The translations under genes were made by a program, and so were the position numbers. Source: Yuukianura sp. NJ FZ-2021 (taxonomy: Eukaryota). From it: a DNA stretch of 64,000 nt. The notes under the pieces were generated by a model, which worked only from the letters and a program-made list of their open reading frames with translations, did not search any database and was not told where the DNA came from. Positions 38,601 to 52,261 of the stretch are shown piece after piece (positions within the stretch are counted from its first letter, which is position 1; the number at the start of each line of letters is the position of its first letter). Location of the stretch: positions 11,532,001 through 11,596,000 of the forward strand of contig CM102290.1 in NCBI GenBank assembly GCA_046563655.1, given 5' to 3'.

Positions 38601-41600
38601 TAAAATCACAAAAAAAATGACCATTAAAATCGAGACTTCAAAAACTTCAAACATGAAAACACTTATGTAAACAAACCAACAAATCGATTTCATCCTTCCT
38701 TGCACAAAATTTCTTTACAGAAAATATTTCCCTTTTCAGTGTTATTTTCCTTTTGAAAATTGTCGCACGTCAGATTCTAACTCCACCCGAACAAATGACT
38801 CTTTAAAATCCCGTCTACCAAGTATGCTCCATCCGGTAATTAAGTTTGACTAATTGTAGTTAGCTTACGAGAACACATGACCCAACGCCTCGTATGTCCA
38901 GTTTTTCCGGAAACTACTGTCACGTCAAGTACATCATCTCGATCAAAGTCCACCTTGAAACTACCGCGAACTCTGTCGTTCATCTCCACCAAAACAACAA
39001 TTCAAATGCAGTGCCTAACCTACTTTACCGTTTCTCCTATTGTTATTTCCAACCTAACCGTATCCGCCCCCGTCATCAATCAATCTCAACAGGTCAGTTC
39101 TCCCCTGGTGGGGTCAACTTTAAAAATTTCTACTTTTCCTGAAATTTTTAAAATCAAAACTTCCTTCTGATCCGGAATTTCTTCCGAATTGAAACCGAAC
39201 TCAAACTGGCCTACTTTTTGAAGTGATCTCTGGATTTCCTTGAGTTTAAATAATTATGAAAGCAATGGGGAGTCATTATAAGGTACTTAAGGCCCTCAAG
39301 CGGAGTTCTCAAGAGGTCTCTTCCAATGTTTTCACACTGTGTCTCTATTTGACACCTTCAACAAGAAGTGATAATGGCCCAATTAGCTATGCATCCTCTC
39401 CTAAACAGTAGGAGGCCACAAAATGTCCGGAGATAGCCTTAATTGAGCCATTTCCGAAAGCTGACATTTTAGAAATCATTTTAAAAATTTCTCAAGAAAA
39501 AAATGCACAGAAAAAGAAAGAAAAAAGTTGAGCCAAACCGAAGTGAAAACCGGTGTAAAAAAAAACGGGAAGCATTGTTTACGGGGGAAAATTTTTCTCC
39601 CAAAAGTTGCAAAAAATTGTTAGGAAAATGGTTGTAGGAGTATGAGAGAAAGTGAAACCAAAAATGAAACACTTTTAAAACTTTTCACTCAAAAAAGTTT
39701 TCAAAACCTTTACTCAATTTTTTTCTTCAAAAATTGTTACAAAAAAAATTTGTTGTGAGGTCCCAACTTTTATGTCAGGTTTGCTTTTGCTTTACCAAAG
39801 TAATTTCAAACCACAATTTTCCTGCTAGATCGAAAAGTAAATTTTTCTAATTTTTAGAAACCAAATTTTTTTTTTTTTTTTTTTGAACGGGTACGAGAGG
39901 TAGCACCCCCTAAAACGGGGCCTTACACTACTTCGCGTTAAAATTAGTTAAAATTCGCTCCTAGAAAGAATTTGTAAGCTTTTGCATTACAAGTACTGAT
40001 GCGTTACCCCAGTGAAGAATCAACAGCTTTTTTTGGAATTTTAAGTTAAAGGTAGTTAACTGTTAACCACCCTCTGTGCAAATGATTAACTTTAAACTCT
40101 TCGCAAGTGGTTAACTTTAACCATCATTTCTGCAAATAGTTCCATACTGATGAGCTGAGAGTGATTGGGTTGATGACCATTGGTTGATGGTTGTGAGACA
40201 ACGGAACAATAGAAGCGTGTGACCAAAGTAGGGGTTAGTCATGGCCAGAGTGGCTTTTGAATAAGATCCAAATATTAAAAATACGACACGACACCACCGA
40301 GGCGCAGAACGATCTAGAGCCACGATTCATCTTCCCACCATAAGAACAATAAGTCATAAAAGTCACCATTTCACAAATATTTCTTTCACTTTTCCCTTAT
40401 GTCTTATGTTCTTCCGATAATTCAGACGCAGAGATGCTCTCATCTTAATCTTTTAAAAAATTTCCATTCCCAACCACGAAACCTAGTTTTAACTTCTACA
40501 AATGAAAAATTTCACAAACAAAACAGCCCATATCGTCTGCCTGTGCCGAAATTTCCACAAATATAAGTTCAAATCCGTAAAAATATCCTTAAACTTTCAA
40601 CATCGTTAATCTAATGTTATGCTAGTGCAGCTTGAACCTAATCCAGTTTTAACCGAACGCTAAAACGGAAGCTAAAATCGCCGTACGGATTCAGACAAAG
40701 TTAAAAACCAAAACCCAAGCTTAGATTAGGTTATGACTCATAGATTTTTCACCTTACGGTGAAACAACCTCTGTCACATTCACACTCGACAACTAAACGG
40801 TGAGAAACAAGTTAAACAAGAAACAAAGTTCTGCACAGTGGCCGTCTGTGACCGCTAAGACAACAAAAGTCACACGCGAAATGCAGTCGTAATTGCATTC
40901 CTTCCCCTTGTCACACCTCTTCTGCCCATAATGGGACCAGCCATAGTAAATTACGCTTAAAATTGCGCCAAATTCAAAAAAAAAATTTCAATCTCCAACT
41001 TCCAACACTCTCACCTTACCATCTTCGGAAAAAAAACGAAACACATAGAATCAAGATAATCAAGGAAATGGCAGAAAACGACAAAACTTTGAACTTTCAG
41101 ACGGCTAACGTTACGTTTTCCTCAAAATCCCGCCATTTTCCAGTACTATAAGTATTCCCTTACTTTTTAATTTATAATTTCACACTTCAAATCCTTCATC
41201 ATTCCTCTAACTGTACATTGCTTTTCACAATCAGTTCAAAGTTTCATTACCGCCGGAACGAAAAGATGATGAGATCATGATTCTGCTTCTGATTATTACT
41301 TTACCGTAAAGCACAATTAAGAACCGCCGCTTCCAATTATCCTTCTTTTACTGACACATATTAAAGTTATCATTTAACTTTACATTTAACCAAGAAACAG
41401 GAACGGAATTTAATTATTTTCATTTCCTTTTACCACTTAAAAACTTCTTTTCTAATAAAAATAACAATGGAACCTGGGCAATAAAAAAAATACATCCCTC
41501 TAAACCTCCTTTTCCAAAACAAGCTCAAAAATCCAATCAAAACTCAAGTTTTACGTACTTGTCAAATTTTAAATTGTAAATTACAATCTCCACTTTTCCA

Positions 41601-43562
41601 TTTTACAATTTGAAAATTACAAACTTTCTGAGGAAAATGACTTTTTAAACGTTACCCATTTACTCTATCATCATCATCTTCTCAATTTACTCATTTACTG
41701 TCAAAAACTTAACTTCTCACAATTTATTTCAACGAGTTGCCAAAAACCATAAAACGAACACAACTACCGGGCAACAGCCAATCACTTTTCGGAACTCCAA
41801 AGCGGTATTCCCTATACCACCGTACTACAAAAAAATGAGTAAAAAAAATTTTTTTTTTAAACAAAAGTTCTGGTTTCAAAATTTCCAGAAAAAAAATCCT
41901 AGCAAGATTTCTACATACCAAAACATCATCAACCTCAACTTATCATTAACCTCAACTTCTCCATTACAAATCAATTAACAACATTTTCCCGTTGTTCGGT
42001 CACACAAGAACTGAAATTATGAACATGAAAAAATGAAAAAAACATAAGAAAATTAACAGTTACATCAAAAAGTAAACTACTTTTGGTAATGTTAGAGCCA
42101 ACCAACTCAATAATTCTTACATTACAATCAAATTGAAACCAAAACTGCCTAAGGTAAGTACTTTGATTCATCCCAAAACCATAAGAAATGAAATAAAAAA
42201 CCTCCATAACTTCATTTTTTTTGCAATCAAAAACCAAACCATTCTGTGTGATCGTAATTCAAAACTTAATACTTAAAATTAAATCTCCTCCTCTTTCACC
42301 ACTTTACAAAATCAATCATATGCTAGATCCTCCTAATCCCACCAATTTTTTCACTTCAAAAGTGATTTCTTCAGAAATCATCTTTAAAATCCTAAGAAAT
42401 CCAACGGTAAACCTGCTGTTAACATCTACAAGTAACCGACCTCAACGTCCATTGCAATCAATTACACGAACCATTACTGACATTTGATTCCATTCATTCA
42501 TCATTTAATCAACCGTAATTCTTACTTCTTTCTTTGTATTTGGAACATTTTCATCAACTACCATCCATCAACTCATTTTTGTTCAAATCCAATCCATTTA
42601 AATTCAAACTCAATCATTTCTGTTTAAAATCCAATCCGTTTTGTTCAAAATTCAATCATTTCTTAGCAAATTCCAATCCGTTTTGTTCAGAATTCAATCA
42701 TTTCTGTTCAAAACATAATCAGATTTGTTTAAAATCCAATCCATTTCAAATTCAACTTCAATTTACTTCAGTCCGAATTCCCTCGAAACGCGAAAAAGCA
42801 AAAACCACAGAAACCATTTACACACGCACGTTCACCTCCTACTACCATCGCATATTTTAGGTTAATCGTGACATACCACAATTCTTCGCATCTTTTAAGC
42901 TCAATTTTTGCTACACAAATTTTAAAAACTACAAAAACCAAGATATTTATAAATTCCACCGCGCATGCGCCAGAACTCACTTAAATGTAAACTAAACCAA
43001 CAACATAAAATGAACAATCAAACAATGTAAAAAAATTGTGTGGAATTAATTTCCTAGTTGTAGGAAGCTTAGTTGAAATTTTGGAATTTTAAATAATTTA
43101 AATTGCAATTTCCAATGTACCGTGCTCGGTTTGCGATAAAGTTCCCAAAAAATTCATAAATACAAACAATTTTTAAAACCAAAAATATATTTTCTAAATT
43201 TTTGAACTATTGTACATTTCCATTTCACAAAAGTTAAAAAACGTACCAGATTTGCCTGATTTACTACTTCGAGCATGACGATGAAGCGTTTCCTTCCCTT
43301 CCACAATCCGTCCATCACGTATGACCACTTTAATTTGAGAGTCACGTGAGTTAAATTCGTAGTATTTACTTCCTTTGGCCTTCATACGGACACTACTTGA
43401 CCCACCACTTCCAGGAATCGGTGGAGAAGGCGTGCCAGTAGTAGTACTTCCGAAACCACTACTGCTACTGCCAGATCGTTTCGTACCAAGCATTCCATCC
43501 CTGTCACGGTCTATCGGCTGCGAAGCCGAACGCGGCAAATTTGAATTCGGTTGAGAACGCAT
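32603..43562 (-). CDS. ABLIM: Actin-binding LIM protein (abLIM / UNC-115): four LIM domains plus C-terminal villin headpiece
   Basis: In-frame exon chain: 43562-43247, 38599-38504, 38287-37964, 37643-37517, 37430-37337, 37246-37007, 36804-36733, 36598-36412, 36303-36070, 35927-35824, 35719-35533, 35171-35058, one of [34860-34769 / 34467-34370 / 33779-33676], 33412-33343, 33255-33215, 33107-32904, 32716-32603. LIM motifs (e.g. [27 protein letters not shown]), [11 protein letters not shown], and headpiece ending ...[39 protein letters not shown]. The first exon is the least certain. Confidence 0.93.
33676..34860 (-). other. ABLIM: Cassette of paralogous, mutually exclusive abLIM exons
   Basis: 34467-34370 encodes [14 protein letters not shown]...; 33779-33676 encodes [14 protein letters not shown]...; candidate 34860-34769 encodes [14 protein letters not shown].... 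All are phase 1 to 0, with lengths 98, 104 and 92 nt. Confidence 0.8.
42570..42755. repeat. Degenerate 21-bp minisatellite with alternating variants, in an abLIM intron
   Basis: Alternating units TTCAATCATTTCTGTTCAAAA and TCCAATCCGTTTTGTTCAAAA. Confidence 0.8.
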
Positions 43563-45221
43563 CTTTCACTTTTTACTTTCACTGCATTCACAATTCCACT
43601 TCAGTTTATTCGACAGTTTTTCCCGCCACTGTCCTATTTCCTCACAATTTTTTTCTGCAGTTCAAGATTTTGAATTTAAACTTAAGATTTACTAGATGAA
43701 GGTCAAAGTTCACTTGGATATTATGTCAATTTAGGACAAGGCTAAACTCAAATCCAGTTTACCAGCGTTTGCCAAGAATTTTCATAATTTGTAAGTTACA
43801 GTACGTTAACAAATACGTGGTTAGACAAAAAACTATGTTGACAGATAACATCTAATCGCCAAAAAATATTGACGAGCCACTGAAATGACACTGTTTGGCA
43901 CTCTGCCAAAGAAGTCCAACTTGACACTTTCACTGTACTGGCTCTAAACTGACATTTGACAAATGACTCATTTACTTTAACATTACACCACAAACTACCT
44001 TGTTTCAAGAACACTCCTCTCGTAGCACTAATATGTTGTAGGTCGTAACTTTCCTAAACTAATTTAACCGCATGCCCTGCAGGTATAAACTTAAAGACAA
44101 AGTTTTCTTTTCACCCCGCATGCAGTACAATTGCGGCTGCTCAGATTCTAATAATAGGATCCACAAAAGGTTGCACAATCCTACAAAATTGCAAATTCCA
44201 ATTGCAGCATCAGACTCAGCTATTATTCGTTTCGTTACGTAGGCGTTACTGACTGTAATATAAGCTAGGAACAGAAAGTCCGTGTTTAGCACCACCACAT
44301 TAACATCACAAACACAACTGTGACCTTCCAACTATTATGACAAGGATCATTTGGTCCAAGGTCCATGTCAACTTAATTAATTCTCCATCACCATAGCAAC
44401 TTAGCATAACCTTGTAACATTGCACTCCAGAAAACGCAAAAGTCCTAACACGAAGTCTTTTTACTAAAAATCTCTCTACTGAAACAAAAATACAAAAGAA
44501 CAAAAGAATCTCGCCGCTCGAAGTTTTAAGTATTTAAGTTGTCATCAAACGTCCTCCAAAATTTTATCCAAAGGATGCATTATAAAATGGACTTTCACAA
44601 TAGTTCACAATTTACAAAAACAGTAAGTCACAAAATTATGGAGTCTAGTTAGCCAGTTCCTACTGTAAGTTAACTCTGTTCACAAACTCCGCTCGTGTCG
44701 ACGTAATGCTTCACGTTCACTTCCACAAAAACTGAATGTTAAAGTTCCATTCGGAACTCTTTTTTCGCAAATACTTTTTTTTGCAAATACTTGCAAAATA
44801 TCCCCCCCCCCTTTAACTCCCACGAGCCAGCCCCTCCCCTACCTTCACCCCTATGTACACAAAGAGCGTCCAAAAACCAAGGTTCTTAAAATGCCTCTCC
44901 CGCTTACTACACTGACACTAGACACGAAAGTTCAGCTCTCAGTTGTTAGTTCGTGAATCCGTGACTTAACAAATGTTAACGCAAAGTTAAAAGTAGAAGA
45001 AGGCCCAGATCAAGATCCTGAATAACCAACAAACTTTAAAATCTAGACCAACACGATCCAAACATAATCATCACAACATTCCTTCCCCGATTTGCAGTTC
45101 ACGCACGAGGTTAGCTTAAAGTTTCACGGAAGTGACCTCTGACCTGTCATCTTTGTCTCTATTAACAATCCACACTATAGGGTCACAACAAGTTCACAAT
45201 TCGCACTCTAGGTCCACAATC

Positions 45222-45444
45222 CCAAGGTTCCTTGACAACGAAAAGTCAATTTTCTTTAACAGGTTGAGTACTACCTCGCTATTTGACAATAAAAGGCAAA
45301 AACAACAACAACAAAAATTGGTACCAATTCGTATGCAAAATTTAAAAAAATTAACACAACGATTCATTGAAACAAAAAGTTCCAAAATCGAAATATCGAG
45401 AGGTATTACCCAACCTGTTAAACAAAATCAGTCAACAAAACTTG
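45222..45444. mobile_element. Older MITE-like dispersed repeat, copy 2
   Basis: CCAAGGTTC...TTTTCTTTAACAGGTTGAGTACTACCTCGCT...AAAAATTGGTACC...GTATTACCCAACCTGTTAAA...AGTCAACAAA, colinear with 12885-13148. Confidence 0.7.
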
Positions 45445-48400
45445 CACAATCCAGAATTTCCATTCTTCGTTCACATTTCATAATTCTACCATAAGTTCAC
45501 AATCTGTACTCCTACTCTATATTCACAATCCACACTTCCCGGATCCCCGTCTTGACCTTTGTTCCGCACCCATTTGACTCTGGTCATGGTTTGGCACACA
45601 TGAATTCCCACGTATAGGTTATGTTTTTGAAAAAAGAACAAAACTTTTGAAGGTTGGTAAACCAAAAGACATCAACCTTTTCACACCGACCTGAGCACAC
45701 TAATGGGATTGAACTGAATGAGGTTCACTGACGCACACAAACTCAAAACCTAACGTTTCTAAACCTAACGAAACGACTCGAACAGAGTCACAAGTTATGA
45801 TTCCGCCACTGCATTTCTAGACCCAGCTCTTTTTAAAACGTCAGGGAAGTCACAGTAATAAATTTGCATTGATGCATATGGAAAATGGGATGCATTGTGG
45901 AGTGATAGTCGCAGATTCATGATTACCCACCATCATCATCATCATCATCCTCTCCAAATTATAGTTCCTCTACCCTAACAAAAGTTCCACTAGATTTCAA
46001 ATAGACAGAGGAATTGAACAGTTCAAACAATTGGTCTACCCACCAACCGGATGCAACAATGCATTCCTACAATTCAATCATCCAGCAGTAGACAATGGAT
46101 CACTCAAACCAACAATTCACAACTTCTTCCTGCTCAGTCTCAGTTCTATACTTCAACTAACATCAATTCCTTCCAATTTCAATTCAAATCAATCTCGAGT
46201 TTCAATTTCAAAATTTTACGGATAATTTAGTCGTCAAAATTTGAAAAGTCAAAAAGTTAGCAACAAAAATTTCAATAAAGAAGTACCGTACAACTGACAA
46301 CAACGATGTCAGAATCTTCACACATACTTTCTGTCTGCTCGAAACAAATTGATGCGGGTTTCGAAACTAATCTAAAAAAATGAAAACCTTGAAAAAGTGC
46401 TCCGTTAACTTTGTAAACTTCAACTTCGCCAACATCAATTTCTTTCATTTCCAATACAAATCAATCTGAAATTGTGATTCGTAATTTCTCACATTTACGC
46501 TACTTTCTCCCACGTTGGTAATTTAGACTTCAAAAAACTCAACATCAAATGTCAAAAAAATTACAACAAGATTTTTTTTTTAAAACTACGACTAACAACT
46601 CCACTTAGGTGAATTTTTCGCAAAATCTACTTTGTTCTTCATTCGGATTTCGAAATTCGAAAACCCTCGAAACCGGTAAACTGGATTGAGTTTTTCGAAT
46701 TTAAAATTCGACGTTTTCAAAAACAAGAAACACTTTTAGACCCAAACTCGTTTAACTCTTGAATAGTTCATAGAAGTGATTGGTTCAATTTTGTAACAAA
46801 CAACCACAATTTACGTCTATCTTCATCACCTACATTTTGTAAGGATCCATTCCAGCTTAAACACACAAAACTTTACAGAATACACATTGTATATTCTGTA
46901 AACTTTTGTATTTGTAAGTGTGTATTACACATCTTGAAAAAAGCCAAATAAACCACAAATTATCCACAGAACTTTCCAGTCCACAGTCCAGACTCGAACA
47001 AATAATACACTGTACTCGTGACACTGTCAAACAAACTTACAAGTTAATACTTTAAGTCTCCTGATTAACTTGTTTTTGAACAAGGATTTTACTGCTTCAG
47101 ACTAACTTTTTAGTCACTTTACCAAGTAAGATGTTCAATACCGACTGACAAGGAATGACTATCATGACAAGGGAAATTATGATTTCCCGAAATCCAAAAA
47201 ATCACTTCGCCTCTTCCCAACCAAAAAGCAAAACAAAGTCGCGGAGAAAGTTGGGAGTGAAAGCAACTTCGTCGCTTAGTCATTCCAACCAATGCAGTCC
47301 ATTTCGATTTCCATGTGAGTCTAAATCCACATTTTCTGACTCACCCCCTGCAATTCCCAATTCCAATTCCATTTCCCCAGGTTTTTTAGAAACGTTAACC
47401 ACGCTGACACGTTGACAGGATTCAGTAATTCCTTTACAGAAAACTGTCCAGTTGCACGTCCTGTAAATATTTTGCTACAAAAAGAATCGATATATTGACG
47501 TGGATGGAACCTAAAACTCTTCTTTTTACCTTGAACACTAAAAAAACTACATTATTCCGGGCCTTTTGTGTTGAATATTTCATATACCTTGATTTTCACT
47601 TCCTACATACCTAAAATCCTAATTTTACACAGTTTGTTTTTCCAACAGTTACCAGAATTTGAAAAAACCGAATTTTAGAAAACGAGTTCATGGTCTCCAT
47701 ATTTAGAAATGTCCACAGCCTTTAGCACTATACACATTTGGTTTCGATTAAAAAAGTGTGTCATATGAGTCTCATTTTTTTGGTTAGTTTCAATTCCCGT
47801 TTTTGTTCAATGAAAAAGAAGTCAAACCAGATTTCCTATTCGCAGCTTCTTCTAATTTCAACTTTTCACAGCATGAAACCTAGCAAAAACGTAAACAATT
47901 CAATATCCAAGCTAAATAAAGAAAGTGACAACAGAGAAGACAGACAAGGTCAAGGCCAGTTTTAGTAAGCCAAGCTAAACTTAATCGTGTGTCACACTTT
48001 TACGTCACCCTAACCTTTTGACCTGGCCACAAACGAAGCGAAACAAATGGAATTTACTAGCATAACTAACGTAACTCTTATTAACGTAAAAGTCCAGGAA
48101 GAAGCAAAAGCCAAAAAAGTGGTCTTTGATATGCCGAGTTACGAAAGACGGCTAATCAATTTAGGAAATGTGTCAAAACAGTTTGAACAATGATAACTAC
48201 CCTGTCCAAAAAAAAATACACGCCCTAACTATACTTGCTTTAGATGCATTTTTGCTCAAACTCAGTCATTGTTTGCTTTTTTTCTTCCAGCCAGCCCCAA
48301 ATGTCTCGCTCGTGCCTCAGTAAATGGAAATTAATGGAAGGAAAAAGTAGTTTTTAGTAGCCTTGAACGTATGGAACCAAAATATCCAACATTTTCGTGA

Positions 48401-51400
48401 AAAGCAGACCATATAGTATAGACTCCTCCAGAAAACGTAACGAATGGATTCCATTTGAACAGTATGCTGGAGAAGGTGCGGACTGAGTTTGGAATGTTAG
48501 TAAATATCTACACTACTCTTCAAAGCAATGGTTCTACTGTGCCGGGATGAAACGACTGTCTCCAGTCAATTACAAAGCACTGGGTGCCTAAATTAGAACA
48601 TAAAACAGAAAGTAAAGTGCACTTGAGATTAGAGACTTCTTCGGAGATGATGGATTGGATGAGAAAAAAACGAAAAGTGTGAGGAAGACGAGAGAGCTCA
48701 AAGCTAAAAGTAATGCATGATGTCATGTCTTCCATTTCCTATACCGGTCCCTCCCTAAACTGGAGATTGATAGTCAACATTACTTGGTACAACTGGATAT
48801 ATGGCATGAATTAGAATAGTACACAACTACTATTAACAAAAAGTCTGGTTGAGGAATTTAAAGCTCACCGGAAACCTTGTACCAGAGCACCTTACTTTCA
48901 ATTAAAACAACCCCTGCCCCATGATTCCAGTTTCCACTTAACCTGAGATTGAGACTTTAACAATTTTAGCCTTAGGTATCAAAGGTGTAGCAAGTTAGGA
49001 CACCTCAGAGCTCAGGAATTAGCAATCGTCTGCCAGCCTGATTTAACATTACACTGACGTGAGATCCTCCTGATGAAACGAAGGTGTGACATGATCATCC
49101 TAACCCACTGAATTACACAATCACACCTCAATTACGTTAACATCAAACATGTCATGAAGTAGTCCACAAGTATCTGGTTTTAACTCACCCATTTTGCAGG
49201 ACTGACTTGACCTTGAGAACTGGTCCTTTAGGTTGTTCTACGTAGAGATGAGGAGGGCGTGGGACTTGGATGTGATCTTGCACCGGAGTAAGTTACAATT
49301 GTATCCAACTATCGACTGATGAATCAGGGTGTTGATCCTGTAGTTTAAAAACATGTCATTAATCAGATAGAATGAATTGGATGTTATAAGTCTTAAAACA
49401 AGAACTGAACTGCTTGAATTGTTGCTGGGTACTGAAGAACTAGAGTATATAGAGCTTACCTCGGTCAAAAAGTAGGTTGAAGGTTGAATACTGATGTTGG
49501 GTCATTCACTTTCGTTCTTGTGTCACTGAAATGGTTGAAGTTGTGCTGTGGATCAATTGGTATGTTAGTTGAAGTGATTCGGTCAATTGGTTTGATTGAA
49601 TCTTTGTGTAAAAGTGTAGTTGGAGAGATGAAAGAAAGGGAGAGTCTTGTATACTGAGAGCACAGCTTCCCAATAAGAAGGCGAATCACTCTCACTCTCA
49701 CTTTGAAACTGGATGATCTCTACACCACGAAACACTAATGTATTCGGCCACTCCAAAAACAGCACAGCAGCTGAGGCAGGGAATTCGGTCACTCCAAAAG
49801 CCACCGCACTACACCCCCCACCCACACCCCATTTTGCCCACCGAAGCAACCAGCATCAACTCAATACTAAAAGAATGCCGTAAGTCACGCACTTAAATGG
49901 CCAAACATTCCCCGCATTCCCTTCTAGCGGGTAATTTGGTATTTGAAAACAGTTTTGTAATTCAAATTTACCCGAGTTTCTATTCGTTTGTTTTCCGTAA
50001 ACTACTTTTTCAGCACATTCATGTAAAATCATAAATACTAACTTAAATCATATCCACACGGTTTCATGCTTGCTGTTTTTAGTTTGGTTTTTTTTTGCCG
50101 TTTAAAAATTGCAACAATACAAGGTAACAGCGGTAGAAGGAAAAACCAAATTAGGCGCCTCAAAAAACCTAAAATTCAGTAGGGACAGGCAGAAAAGGCG
50201 ATATGTTGGACCTGACTTGTGTGTTTGTAGGCGTGAGGCCCTCGACCATTGTCTAATGATCACAACGTGATTTGATAAGTAGTTATTAAATTTAAATTAA
50301 GAGTTAAATTCATATTTTCCGCCATATTTACTGAATGTATTCTTTTCTTTAAGAAATCATGTGAATACTGCTAACCGTGAAGTACAAAGAGAGGGCAATG
50401 ACCTCCAGAGACGCTTGTCCGGTTTTTTAGTAAAAGAATTTAAGGGACCAGACATATAGCAGCGGGAGGGGTCATACCACGACGCTTTTCAGTGTATATC
50501 AGCACACAAAGTACCGTTATTTCCGAGTATAGCAATGCAAGCTTGCGTCTTCCCTTGACAGTCCTTGCCCAACCCACCGAATTAGGTATCCACGATACTA
50601 AAACTACGTATCCAAAATTACAGTTGTTTAGTATATTACGAATAGATACGTATGCTGTGTATACAACAATACGAATTAGTTAAGAACCCCAGTGATACCC
50701 AGGCTAGTAACTATCTTTTCGGGGTACTACTACAATTAGTGTCCTTGATACTGGAAGCTCGTATTCTGGGGGCTAAACTAGTAAGTTTAGCTTAAAATAA
50801 AAGTTTCAACGCCTGTATCTGCGCTGTCCAGGCGAGAATTTAGAGCATTCTTAGGCATCTTCTCTTGCATTCTTTAGGGTACAATGGCTAATCCGATAAA
50901 ATAGCCAGCACCGCATGCGAAAAGCGGTGTGCTGTGATAAAAAGTACTAATCCATGGAGTCGAGGGTACTATTTTAAGTATCTTGAACAAAGAGTTACAT
51001 ATCCGGAAGAGGGAAGACTAATAAATGTTGTATTACACTTGGGTATTACAGAATCTAGTATCCTGTTGGCTACAAATTTCGGGGAATTGGGCATGAACTG
51101 CCCAAAGGAATTTGAACTCACTTGACCCTGCCAACTCACCGAAAGAGGCGAAGAGAAGGAGGAGGGGCGTGGGAACGACGGGTGGCTATGGACGCTGCAT
51201 TTTCTTTGTTCTTGCTCGAGACGGGGAGGAGCTTAGAGGTTAATGAGATGCGTCCACCCGAAATCGGAGCGACAGCGAAGCAATATATTCCAGCTCCAGC
51301 ATCCGAAAAAGTGGACAGGGGAGAAGGGAACCGAAGAGTGATCACTGCTTACCATCAGACGGAGACAACGATTAATCGATTTCTCGAAGCAATTAACTGA

Positions 51401-51620
51401 AAACTACATCATCTACAAGGTAAGATTAACCGTATTTGGATTTACTTAGTAGTTATATCCCTGTGGATGTACAATTTGGCAGTTTTAGATTAATTAGTTG
51501 CCCTCGTATCCCTTGAAACGATGGTAACAATTGTCCCTCTATGAGAGCAAACGTAATGTATGCGCCATTTTCTGGACGCTGCTCAATAGTACAACGTCGC
51601 TTGCTGTTAATGCTTTAGAT

Positions 51621-51644
51621 ACACCGTTGCAACGGTGTCGCTAG
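51621..51644 (+). mobile_element. Possible Helitron 3' terminus
   Basis: Perfect 18-bp palindrome ACACCGTTGCAACGGTGT, then CG, then CTAG followed by T. The 5' end is not established. Confidence 0.3.
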
Positions 51645-52261
51645 TTTATGAATGGCAATGTCGTCGGTGTTCCTCATGTCTCCATCTAGTAACGTAGGGG
51701 GTAGTGCATAAATGCTCCATAATATTCTTAACTTGTAAAATACTGCTTAATGGTTTTACTTTTTAAAGTTTTTCCTTGTAAAATGAGCTAAAATTATGAT
51801 ACAAAAAAATCTCCCTAGGCGCGAACGATTTCGAAATTATTAACAGTTACATTAGTTAGCCAGGTTTTTTTTTTCGAAGGCTTCTCAGTACTTTGGCTGT
51901 CGCCTTCTGGGGGTCACCTGGTCAGGTCAACATTTTCAGGTCAAGGTTAAAGGTCAAAAACATAGTTTTCATGATAGGTTTTCATGTAGGCTAAGCAGTA
52001 TTCTTAACTACTAATTCTTACTTATTAATTGCCGTGGAAACCATTCCAAACTGATATGAGGTAAAACTTTGTAAATTATTCCGCTACTTTTGTTTGTTGC
52101 GTCGTAAGTTTGTCGATTCGTATTATTTACGTAAGCATTGACTTGTTCCATTTTGTTTCTTCTAGTTTCGATCGGATTGTACCCGGAAGGAATACGACAG
52201 AAGTTGGATCATATCCAAGAGTGAAGGATAGAACGGAATAGTTGCTGACTTACCTATCAAC

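Noticed and set aside
39866..39935. T19 tract followed by a short GC-richer segment, like a retroelement 3' end
   Set aside because: No TSD, ORF remnant or second copy in the window.
46272..46454. Possible alternative abLIM first exon (MCEDSDIVVVSCT)
   Set aside because: Its donor is phase 0, incompatible with the phase-1 LIM1 exon.
51122..51400. 92-aa ORF between abLIM and UPF1
   Set aside because: No recognisable motif or exon chain; left uncalled.
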